Source of the DNA: Capsulimonadales bacterium | GTDB lineage: Bacteria; Armatimonadota; Armatimonadia; Armatimonadales; Armatimonadaceae | Length of the DNA: 64,000 nt | Assembly: GCA_033762295.1 (NCBI GenBank) | Contig: JANRLW010000069.1 | Location: 1-64,000, forward strand | Reading direction: 5' to 3' | Shown: positions 9,404-18,096 of the stretch, one piece after another | How positions within the stretch are numbered: position 1 is the first letter of the stretch | How the letters are laid out: each line of letters starts with the position of its first letter | Notes under the pieces: model-generated | Seen by the model: only the letters and a program-made list of their open reading frames with translations | What the model was told of the DNA's origin: nothing | The model's database searches: none | Translations under genes and position numbers: made by a program

Positions 9404-11044
9404 ATGAAACGAGTTCAAATCGAACGGATGGTGGCCGGGTTCGCGCTGCTTGGCCTGGTGACCGCCGGATGCGCGAAAAAAGCGGAGGAGACGGGGGCCA
9501 AGGCCCCCGGCAATACCCCGGCGCAGAATGCGGCCAATACCGCCGTGCCGGTCGATGTCGCCGCCGTCCGAACGCTGACGGTGAGTCGGAATGTGGAGGT
9601 AACGGGGTCGCTGGCCGCTCTCCAGAGCGTTGCCCTGACACCGAAGGTGAACCAGCGGGTCGTCCGCGTCGTCGGTCGGGAGGGAGCGCCGGTCCGCGCC
9701 GGGGAGATCGTCGTGCAACAGGACACCACGGACCTGCTGCGCCAACTGCAGCAGGCGGAAGCCAACCTGGCGTCGGCACGGGCCAATCTGTCGTCGGCGC
9801 AGGCGAATGCCCGCGCCGCCTCGGTTCGGGTCAGCCAGGCGCGAACCAATGCCAATGTGCAGGTGACCACGTCCTGGGCCGGTGTGCGTGACGCCGAGGA
9901 ACAACTCCGATCCGCACAGGCGAACCTGGCCCTGACTCGCAATCCGCAACGCTCCCAGGAGGTCACCGTCGCCGAGAACAACGTCAAACAGGCGCAGGCG
10001 AATTTCGATAAGGCCAGGACCGACCGGGAACGCTACGAGGCTCTGGTCAAGGAAGGGGCCGCGGCTCAGATCACCCTCGATCAGTATGTCACCCAGGAGA
10101 AGGTGGCGCGTGCCGCTCTGGATTCGGCACAGCAGCAGCTGGAAATCGCCCGGGAGGGCGGACGGGCCGAGCAGATCCGAACGGCGGAAACCCAAGTCGC
10201 CCGCGCACAGGCCAATCTTCGCCAGGCAAAAGCCAATCAGCAACAGGTCACCGTCCGGCAGGACGATGTCCGCGCGGCGCAAGCGACGCTTGCCCAGGCC
10301 AATGCCGCTGCGGAACAGGCGGCCGCGGCGGTTCGCCAGCAGGAGGCTACGGTCGCGCTGTCACGGCAGGCCGTCGACGATGCGGCCATTCGTTCGCCGA
10401 TCGACGGAGTCATTTCGGAACGGCGGATCGAACCCGGGCAGATCGCCGCGCCCGGCACGACCGTCGTGACCGTCGTTTCGCTCGATACCGTGTTCTTCGA
10501 GGCGCAGGTTCCGGAAACCGATGTGCGCTTTGTTCGGCAGGGCCAGACGGTGGAGGTGCGGCTGGACGCGTTCCCGCGAAAGGCGTTCAACGGAACCATC
10601 TCCCGTGTGTATCCGACCGGCAGCCAGACCTCGCGTATCTTCAACGCACGTGTCGAGATTCGAAACACGGAGAATCAACTGCGGCCGGGGCTGTTCGCCC
10701 GTGGTGAGATCGTCGCCGAACGGCGTGACGCGGTCACCGTGCCGGTCGAAGCGGTAGTGACCGATCCGATCGGCAGTCTGGACGCGACGGAGGCACAGGC
10801 CGCACTCGAGAACACTCGCGTGTATGTGGTAGCCAACGGCGTCGCACAGGAACGAAAGGTGACTCAGGGACTGATTTCCGGCGATGGAAAGCGGGTCGAA
10901 GTGACCGGCGTCCGGGAAGGCGAACAGGTCGTCGTCGGCGGTCAGCGTGGTTTGAAGGATGGAGCCAAGGTCACCATCCATCAGGAGGACCGGCAGGGGC
11001 AGCAACAGGCGCAGGCGGGCCGCTCGGCCCAACCCCGCCTCTGA
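9404..11044 (+). CDS. RND efflux periplasmic adaptor lipoprotein with long alpha-hairpin
   Basis: Lipobox TAGC, lipoyl halves (GAPVRAGEIV; IRSPIDGVI), LRPGLF; start MKRVQ after AAGGAA. Confidence 0.92.
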   Translation: MKRVQIERMVAGFALLGLVTAGCAKKAEETGAKAPGNTPAQNAANTAVPVDVAAVRTLTVSRNVEVTGSLAALQSVALTPKVNQRVVRVVGREGAPVRAGEIVVQQDTTDLLRQLQQAEANLASARANLSSAQANARAASVRVSQARTNANVQVTTSWAGVRDAEEQLRSAQANLALTRNPQRSQEVTVAENNVKQAQANFDKARTDRERYEALVKEGAAAQITLDQYVTQEKVARAALDSAQQQLEIAREGGRAEQIRTAETQVARAQANLRQAKANQQQVTVRQDDVRAAQATLAQANAAAEQAAAAVRQQEATVALSRQAVDDAAIRSPIDGVISERRIEPGQIAAPGTTVVTVVSLDTVFFEAQVPETDVRFVRQGQTVEVRLDAFPRKAFNGTISRVYPTGSQTSRIFNARVEIRNTENQLRPGLFARGEIVAERRDAVTVPVEAVVTDPIGSLDATEAQAALENTRVYVVANGVAQERKVTQGLISGDGKRVEVTGVREGEQVVVGGQRGLKDGAKVTIHQEDRQGQQQAQAGRSAQPRL

Positions 11045-11076
11045 TCGCCGGAAGATTGTTCTGAGAGAAGGTATCC

Positions 11077-14000
11077 ATGCAAAATCTCGCTCGTATTTCC
11101 GTCATGCGGCCCGTCTTCGCCACCGTTCTCGTGCTGGCGCTGGTCGTGGTCGGTCTGTTCGCCATACCCAATCTGCCACTCGACCGGTTTCCGAGCGTGG
11201 ACTTCCCGGCGGTAACCATCACGACCACCCTGCCCGGCGCGACGCCGGAGGAGATGGATACCGACGTCACCGAGGAGATTGAGAAGCAGGTCGGTTCCGT
11301 TTCCGGGATCGATTCCATTATCTCCTCCTCGTCGGACGGCATTTCGGTCGTTCAGATCCAGTTTGTGCTGGAACGGAACGGCGACATCGCCGCCCAGGAT
11401 GTCCGCTCCAAGATCGACCTTGCGATCCCGAACCTGCCGAGCGCGGCGGAACGGCCGATCGTCCAGAAGTTCGGCGGGGACGCCGCGCCGATCATGAACT
11501 TCGTCTTTTCGGGCGACGCGCCGATTCGCGATTTGACCGAGTATGCCGACAAGACCCTTCGACCTCAGCTGGAATCCATCAACGGGGTCGGTCAGGTGAA
11601 TATCCTGGGCGGACGCCTCCGGCAGATCAACGTTCTCCTCGACCCGTACAAACTCCGTAAGTTCGGGCTGACCGTCCTGGACGTTCGCACCGCGCTGGCG
11701 GCCCAGAACCAGCAGGTCCCCGGAGGGTCGCTTGACCAGGGGGATCGCCGTATCGCCGTCCGAACCCAGGGACGGGTGGAAACGGTCGCCCAGATGCGCG
11801 ATATCGTCGTGCGGACCGACACCGCCGGCAGGGCCATACGCGTCGGCGATGTGGCGCTCGTCGAGGACGGAGAGGCGGAACCGACCTCGGCGGCGAACGT
11901 GAATGGTCGGCCCTCGGTTCTGTTGCAGGTAAAGAAGCAGAGCGGCGCCAACTCGACCGGGGTCATCGACGCCGTAAAACAGCGGCTGGAGGAGATCAAG
12001 CCGACTCTGCCGCCGACCTACGAGTACCGGATCACCACCGACCAGTCGCGTTTCGCGAAGGCGGCCGTCCATGCCGTCCAGGAGCACCTGATTCTCGGTT
12101 CGATCCTCGCAGCTCTGGTCGTCCTGGTCTTCCTCTGGAACTGGCGTTCGACTTTGATTGCCGCGATCGCGATTCCGAGTTCGATCATCTCCTCGTTCGC
12201 GCTGATGTGGGCGCAGGGCTTTACGCTCAACGTCATCACCCTGCTTGCGCTGACCCTCGCCGTCGGTATCGTCATCGACGATGCGATCATCGTCCTCGAG
12301 AACATTTTCAAGTTTATCGAGGAAAAGGGGATGCGGCCGCGTCAGGCGGCGATCGAAGGGGCGAAGGAGATCAGTCTGGCGGTCTTCGCCACCACGCTTT
12401 CGCTGGTCGCCGTCTTCCTGCCCGTCGCCTTCATGACCGGAATCGTCGGACGCTTCCTGAACTCCTTCGGCCTGACCATGGCGTTCGCCATCGGCGTTTC
12501 GTTCCTGGTCGCCTTCACGCTGACGCCGATGCTTTCGGCGCGGTGGCTGAAAGCGCCGAAGGAGACGATGCGCGCGATCGGCCGCGGCGACGGCTTTAAG
12601 GGCGATGTCCTCCCCGAACGGGAGGCGGGAGCCGCCCATAAAAAAGAGGGCAACAGCTTCCTTACGCCGCTGGAAAACGCCTATGCGGCGGTTCTCCGGT
12701 GGTCGCTCCGGCACCGCTGGGTCGTTCTGCTTGTCACTCTGGGGGTGTTCTTCAGCACTGTCCCGCTGATCGGGATCGTCGGCAAGAACTTCCTTCCGGA
12801 TGAGGACGAAAGCCAGTTCCTGGTCTCCGTCCGCGCGACCGAGGACCGTTCCCTTCAGTACACGGAACGTCTGCTCAACCGCATGGCGGAGGAGATCCGC
12901 CAGCTTCCGGAGGTCCGCGAAACCATCGTTACGGTCGGGCAGGATATCCAGCAGACGCAGAACAAAGGCGAAATTCTGGTCCAGATGAACGAGATGGAGG
13001 ATCGCAAGACCAAACTTTCGCAGTTCGACCTGATGAACCGGGTCCGCACGGAGATCGTTCCGAAGTATCCGCGTGATCTGCGAACGCTGGTTTCTCCGCC
13101 GAACGCCTTTGGCCAGGGGGCACAGGCGGGAATGCAGTTCGTCATCAATGGGCCCGACCTGGGAGTGCTGTCCAAGGTCTCGCAAAAGATCGTCGCCGAT
13201 TTGAAGACGGTTCCGGGCGTGGCGGACGCCGACACCTCGCTCGTCATCGGTAAGCCGGAGGTCGGCGTCTATGTCGATCGAGAGCGGGCGGGCGACCTTG
13301 GTGTGACCGTCGGCGACGTGGCCGCCACGATGCGAATCATCACCGCAGGCGACAACAAAGCGTCCTCCTTTACCGAGGGGGGCAAGCGATACGATGTCAA
13401 CCTGCGCGCGCTGCCGCAGTACCGGGAACAGCAGGCGGGCCTTGCCCTGTTCACGGTGCCGACCAGCAAGGGGCAGGGGGCCCCGGCGCCGACGGACGGC
13501 CAGCCGCCGCTCCGGTCGATTCCGCTACGGCAGGTGGTCAAGTTCCGATCGGGGAACGCCCCCTCGGTCGTGGAGCGATACGGACGGACCCGTTCGGTCA
13601 CCGTCTCCGCGAACCTGTTGCCGGGCGTCTCCGAGGGAACGATTCAACAACGGGTGATGGACGCCCTGAAGGCGCAAAACCTGGGACCGCAGTACCGTGG
13701 CGAGTTCGCCGGTCGAAGCCGGGAACTGGGCAAAACGTTTACCGCGTTCGGCACCGCGTTCCTGCTGTCGATCATTTTCATGTATCTGATTCTGGCGGCG
13801 CAGTTCGAATCCTGGGTGCATCCGATCACGATTCTGCTGGCTCTGCCGCTGACCGTTCCGTTCGCGCTGGTTTCGCTGATCATTACCGGCAACTCGTTGA
13901 ATATCTACTCGATGCTCGGTTTGCTGGTTCTGTTCGGCATCGTCAAGAAAAACTCCATCCTGCAGGTGGACCACGCGAACCAGTTGCTGGCGCGCGGCCT

Positions 14001-14415
14001 GCCGACCGAGGAGGCGATCGTTCAGGCGAGCAAGGACCGACTGCGGCCGATCCTGATGACCACGGTAGCCTTCGTTGCCGGTATGCTGCCGCTCGCGCTG
14101 TCGAGCGGGGTCGGGGCGGGAACGAACCGGGCGACGTCCGGCATCATTATCGGCGGTCAGACGCTCTCGCTCGCGCTGACCCTGATTGCGACACCGGTCT
14201 TCTACTCCCTGTTCCATGATATGACCCAGGGAATCGGGAAGCTACGACGTCGGTTCCTCGGTCCCGGAGACGATCAGGACGAAAAAGACCCGGACGGGGA
14301 CGGCGAACCGGGCGATCGCGAAGGTTCTTACGAGGAGAATACCGTCTACGGCGAGCGCAAACGGGAGTTATCGGCCACCCGACGTGAAGGCCAGGTTCCC
14401 GAACCGTCGCCGTAA
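11077..14415 (+). CDS. RND efflux permease, AcrB/HAE1 family
   Basis: RPVFA, FPSVDFP, GIVIDDAIIVLEN, KKNSIL, RLRPILMTT. Confidence 0.97.
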   Translation: MQNLARISVMRPVFATVLVLALVVVGLFAIPNLPLDRFPSVDFPAVTITTTLPGATPEEMDTDVTEEIEKQVGSVSGIDSIISSSSDGISVVQIQFVLERNGDIAAQDVRSKIDLAIPNLPSAAERPIVQKFGGDAAPIMNFVFSGDAPIRDLTEYADKTLRPQLESINGVGQVNILGGRLRQINVLLDPYKLRKFGLTVLDVRTALAAQNQQVPGGSLDQGDRRIAVRTQGRVETVAQMRDIVVRTDTAGRAIRVGDVALVEDGEAEPTSAANVNGRPSVLLQVKKQSGANSTGVIDAVKQRLEEIKPTLPPTYEYRITTDQSRFAKAAVHAVQEHLILGSILAALVVLVFLWNWRSTLIAAIAIPSSIISSFALMWAQGFTLNVITLLALTLAVGIVIDDAIIVLENIFKFIEEKGMRPRQAAIEGAKEISLAVFATTLSLVAVFLPVAFMTGIVGRFLNSFGLTMAFAIGVSFLVAFTLTPMLSARWLKAPKETMRAIGRGDGFKGDVLPEREAGAAHKKEGNSFLTPLENAYAAVLRWSLRHRWVVLLVTLGVFFSTVPLIGIVGKNFLPDEDESQFLVSVRATEDRSLQYTERLLNRMAEEIRQLPEVRETIVTVGQDIQQTQNKGEILVQMNEMEDRKTKLSQFDLMNRVRTEIVPKYPRDLRTLVSPPNAFGQGAQAGMQFVINGPDLGVLSKVSQKIVADLKTVPGVADADTSLVIGKPEVGVYVDRERAGDLGVTVGDVAATMRIITAGDNKASSFTEGGKRYDVNLRALPQYREQQAGLALFTVPTSKGQGAPAPTDGQPPLRSIPLRQVVKFRSGNAPSVVERYGRTRSVTVSANLLPGVSEGTIQQRVMDALKAQNLGPQYRGEFAGRSRELGKTFTAFGTAFLLSIIFMYLILAAQFESWVHPITILLALPLTVPFALVSLIITGNSLNIYSMLGLLVLFGIVKKNSILQVDHANQLLARGLPTEEAIVQASKDRLRPILMTTVAFVAGMLPLALSSGVGAGTNRATSGIIIGGQTLSLALTLIATPVFYSLFHDMTQGIGKLRRRFLGPGDDQDEKDPDGDGEPGDREGSYEENTVYGERKRELSATRREGQVPEPSP

Positions 14416-14419
14416 CCCG

Positions 14420-14474
14420 CCGATACCCCGCTTCCCTGGACCGGTCCGCCGGTCGAAAGGAAGCGGGGTGTCGG
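14420..14474 (+). terminator. long hairpin at the end of the efflux operon
   Basis: CCGATACCCCGCTTCC...GGAAGCGGGGTGTCGG with inner GACCGG/CCGGTC stem; no clear U tract. Confidence 0.55.
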
Positions 14475-14490
14475 GTAGAATTGATTGACT

Positions 14491-15315
14491 ATGTTCCACT
14501 GGTTCCACGACCTGCGACGGAAGCAAATCCTCGCCAGACCGTTCCCCCCGGAGTGGGAAGCCTACATCGATTCGGATCTCCCGCACTGGCGTTGCCTCAG
14601 TCCGGAGGAACGCCGTCATTTGCGGGATCATATTCGTGTCTTCGTTGCCGAAAAGCACTGGGAGGGGGCGGGCGGTCTGGAGTTGACCGACCGCATCAAG
14701 GTAACGATCGCCGCCAACGCGTGCCTGTTGCTACTCGGACTGCCGCAGCACGATTTTTATCCCAACGTTCAGGTAATCATTGTCTATCCCTGGGCCTACT
14801 GGTCACGATTGGAACGGCCCGGCGAGGGCGGGGTCGTCCATGCCGGCATCAGTGGTCGGCTGGGTGAGGCATGGTCGACCGGCCAGGTCATTTTGAGCTG
14901 GAACACGGTACGCCGGAACATCCGCCGGCCCGAGGACGGACACAATGTCGTTCTGCACGAGTTCGCCCACCTGCTGGATATGCGCGACGGTCGAGCGGAC
15001 GGCGTCCCGCGTCTTGCCAACCAGGCAGAGTACGATGAATGGGCAGAGATCATGGCGGCGGAATTTCAGCGTTTGCGCCTCGGAGTGATCGAGGGCTGGG
15101 TGGACGTGCTGGACGGCTACGGAGCGACCGATCCCGCCGAGTTCTTCGCCGTCGCCACCGAGTGCTTCTTTGAGTTGCCGATCGAACTGAAGGAGCGGCA
15201 CCCCGCACTCTACGGGTTATTCACTCGCTATTACGGACAGGATACCGCCGCGCGCGCCGAGGCGTGTCGCCTCACGGACGACCGTTTCAGTGAATCAACC
15301 ATCGACGGATTGTGA
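14491..15315 (+). CDS. zinc-dependent peptidase M90 (MtfA-like)
   Basis: IAANACLLLL, GEAW..GQVILSW, NVVLHEFAH.LD, YGATDPAEFFAVATECFFE. Confidence 0.92.
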   Translation: MFHWFHDLRRKQILARPFPPEWEAYIDSDLPHWRCLSPEERRHLRDHIRVFVAEKHWEGAGGLELTDRIKVTIAANACLLLLGLPQHDFYPNVQVIIVYPWAYWSRLERPGEGGVVHAGISGRLGEAWSTGQVILSWNTVRRNIRRPEDGHNVVLHEFAHLLDMRDGRADGVPRLANQAEYDEWAEIMAAEFQRLRLGVIEGWVDVLDGYGATDPAEFFAVATECFFELPIELKERHPALYGLFTRYYGQDTAARAEACRLTDDRFSESTIDGL

Positions 15316-15423
15316 AACTATCGTCCCCGCAAGACGGTCTTGTAAAGCGATATACTGAAGGGGAATAAAGGTACACCACGGTTTTGGACGACGGTCGGGT
15401 GTTTCTCCGGAGGGAGGAGACCG

Positions 15424-17304
15424 ATGCGAGGGATCAGAAGACGGACCGGGAAGGTTCTGGCCGGAACGCTTGTCTGGGCGGCGTCCGCCGCTTCGGTCCA
15501 GGCGCAGGTGACCGAACGGCTCGGGGCGCATTTCGATATTTTCGCCGGGAGGAATAACACCGGCCCGTATACCCTTTCCTGGAAGGGGATTCGAGCCGAC
15601 CGGGACGCGCCGGTCGAAGTCGTGATCGACGGTCGGACGTTGAAAAAGGATGAGTTCACCGTCGATACGGCCCGGGGAACGATCACCTTTACCCGACTTG
15701 TCGCGGACTCCTCCGTCGTTCGGGTGCGCTACTCCTATGTTCCCGGCGCTTCTCAGCGCAATCCCAACCCGGCATCCAATCCGCTGACCCTTCCGATCGC
15801 CCGGATCGGCGACAGCACGCTGGCGCTGGTCGCGATCCCGAACGGAGGCGAACCGGGCCGGACCGGTCCGGACCCGCTTGTCTGGTCGCTGGGAGCCACG
15901 TCCCGATTCCTCGGCGGAGGGGTCCGCTCGAACTTCCATTACGCCGGGGAAAACGGGGCCGGATGGCGACTCGGTTTCCAACGGGGCAGCGAACGAAACG
16001 GGATCGATGTCGGCTTTTCCCGCGCGGACCGGCAGTTCGCATCCTCCGCCGGGAAGAGCCTCGGCATGGCGGATGCATCGGAGCGGCGGTCGCTGGCCGC
16101 GCGTTATGCGCCGTCGAAATACGTCGGGACCCGGTTTTCGTTCGATGATTCGTCGAATCTCCTGACGGACGAACGGAAGGGACAGACCGTATTCGGGCTG
16201 CGGCTCGGAGGATGGGAAGCCTTGCCGACCCTGGACTACGCACGGACGACCGACCGAACGACCGGGGCGAATCGTGCCGTGACCGACACGACGACCGACC
16301 GGTTCGGACTGACGGCGTCACTGGATCGCCGGACATCGGTCAACGCGACGACAACGGCGACCAGCGTCCATGCGACGAACCCGGACGCCACATCCACGGG
16401 ACGTACCACTTCGGTTTCGCTGAACGCGTCGGCGGACGGCGGAACGAAAAAGGCGACAGCCACGGTCAATACCTCCGATAAAACCACCGGGACCGCCGTC
16501 GAGGAGAACAAGGGCCTGTCGGTGCGACTGCAACCGGCGCCGGTTTTCGTCGTCTCCGCCGGTCAGAGCGAGCGGAAGGTTCTGCCGGTCCGCGAAAAGG
16601 GCACCTCCGGAACGCCGTCCACCGTCCTGTCCCAGAACGTCGGCGCGGAAATCGTACCGCTGCCCGGCGCACGCTTTACCGGCAGTGTCACGGAGACGCT
16701 GAATGACGGTATCAAAAATTCGACGACCGGTTTTTCCGGTCAGCTGGGAGCGGGGAAACGGATCGAGATCACCGGCGGCATCATTAACCGTTCGTCGGAC
16801 GCGAACGGCCCCGGTCCGCTCGACACGACCCGGGCCAGGGTGGCCCTCCGTCCGCTGAAGGTTCTGACGGTCACCGGCGCGTACACGTGGAACCCGGAGG
16901 AGAACGGTACGGTACGACAGGCCCTGCGTCAGGAACTGGGGCTGTCGGCCAGCCTCGGGGCCATCGAGCTGGGCAGTGCGTATTCGATGACCACTCTGAA
17001 CGGGATCGCCGGTGAGGACGTGTTCGATCCTCAGTTCGGCACCGTCTCGCTGTCGCTGGGCCTGCGGTTCAGTCGGTATACAAGTCTGTCCGGTTCGTTT
17101 AAGGATTCGCTTCGCAACAGGTCGGCGGTCGAACTGACCCCTTCGCTATTGCCGCAGTACCTGCGGACCTATGGACTCGGGCTGACGCACTCGCTGGGTT
17201 CGTCGTTCAACTTTGCTCTGGGCGGTTCCCTGACGGAGGACCGCTCCGGAGCGAACCAGCCGCGCGATGTCCGTGGCGAAGCCCGCCTCGGCTTGCGGTT
17301 TTGA
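15424..17304 (+). CDS. exported protein, probable outer-membrane beta-barrel
   Basis: Signal peptide (SVQA-Q), alternating amphipathic strands, C-terminal ..ARLGLRF. Confidence 0.7.
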   Translation: MRGIRRRTGKVLAGTLVWAASAASVQAQVTERLGAHFDIFAGRNNTGPYTLSWKGIRADRDAPVEVVIDGRTLKKDEFTVDTARGTITFTRLVADSSVVRVRYSYVPGASQRNPNPASNPLTLPIARIGDSTLALVAIPNGGEPGRTGPDPLVWSLGATSRFLGGGVRSNFHYAGENGAGWRLGFQRGSERNGIDVGFSRADRQFASSAGKSLGMADASERRSLAARYAPSKYVGTRFSFDDSSNLLTDERKGQTVFGLRLGGWEALPTLDYARTTDRTTGANRAVTDTTTDRFGLTASLDRRTSVNATTTATSVHATNPDATSTGRTTSVSLNASADGGTKKATATVNTSDKTTGTAVEENKGLSVRLQPAPVFVVSAGQSERKVLPVREKGTSGTPSTVLSQNVGAEIVPLPGARFTGSVTETLNDGIKNSTTGFSGQLGAGKRIEITGGIINRSSDANGPGPLDTTRARVALRPLKVLTVTGAYTWNPEENGTVRQALRQELGLSASLGAIELGSAYSMTTLNGIAGEDVFDPQFGTVSLSLGLRFSRYTSLSGSFKDSLRNRSAVELTPSLLPQYLRTYGLGLTHSLGSSFNFALGGSLTEDRSGANQPRDVRGEARLGLRF

Positions 17305-17322
17305 TCGGTGCGGTCGGTTTCG

Positions 17323-17682
17323 TTACGGTTTGTGCCCGGAGTGGACCGACCCGTTGTCGATATTGACAAACTTGACGTCGCCGGTCTGGGAATCGACGAG
17401 AACGATCTTTGCGCCGTTATCCCGGATTTTGGTCCATCGACCGGCCGGAACCGTCCGAACCTGAGCCGGACGGGCTTCGATCCGCGCCAGACGGCGTTCG
17501 ATCACTCCGAGCCGACGTTCGATCTCGTCAAGCCGGTTGAGAACCCGGTTGTCGTACTGCGCGGCGGCCTTTGAGAAACACCCGGCAAGAAGACCGCTCG
17601 CCGCCGGTACGACCGCCAGAGCGATCAATGCCCGAACCCTCGAAGAACGCTTCATCGTTTCCATTCGACCTGCCTTTTCCAT
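17323..17682 (-). CDS. small hypothetical lipoprotein
   Basis: Basic N-region, hydrophobic stretch, LAGC lipobox, short coiled coil; start could be a downstream Met. Confidence 0.7.
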   Translation of the reverse strand: MEKAGRMETMKRSSRVRALIALAVVPAASGLLAGCFSKAAAQYDNRVLNRLDEIERRLGVIERRLARIEARPAQVRTVPAGRWTKIRDNGAKIVLVDSQTGDVKFVNIDNGSVHSGHKP

Positions 17683-17799
17683 ATTCGGATGTCCCGTGGA
17701 GCTATCCCGCTTTCAAGACACCTTTCAAGACACGGCAGTCCGAAGTCGGGTTGCCGAACGGTAGGAGGAATTACCGGGCGTTTGTCTCTCCCGATCGAT

Positions 17800-17851
17800 G
17801 AATTTACCCTGTAAATTCGCCTTCAATCGCCGACAATCTAACTGGTAAATT
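17800..17851. promoter_or_regulatory. inverted-repeat operator candidates
   Basis: GAATTTAC-CCT-GTAAATTC and a degenerate copy AATCTAA-CTG-GTAAATT in an AT-rich divergent spacer. Confidence 0.5.
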
Positions 17852-18096
17852 TCCATAAACCATCTCGTGAAGCGGCATAGCGTGTTCCCGGAAGGGATGA
17901 CCGACCGTAAATCGTTCGGTTTTCGGATTGTCGGCGGCGCGTGGCATCGAAATTGCGATCCGTGGTCCTATCGCCGTGGAAACGGCGGACCTCAGTCACC
18001 CACTCGCCGGATCTCTGTTTCGAAATCGATCGCGTGACCGGAACGTCGGGACGAACAACCGTAACAGCGTCGTCAGGACAAAGAGGAAAATTTGTC

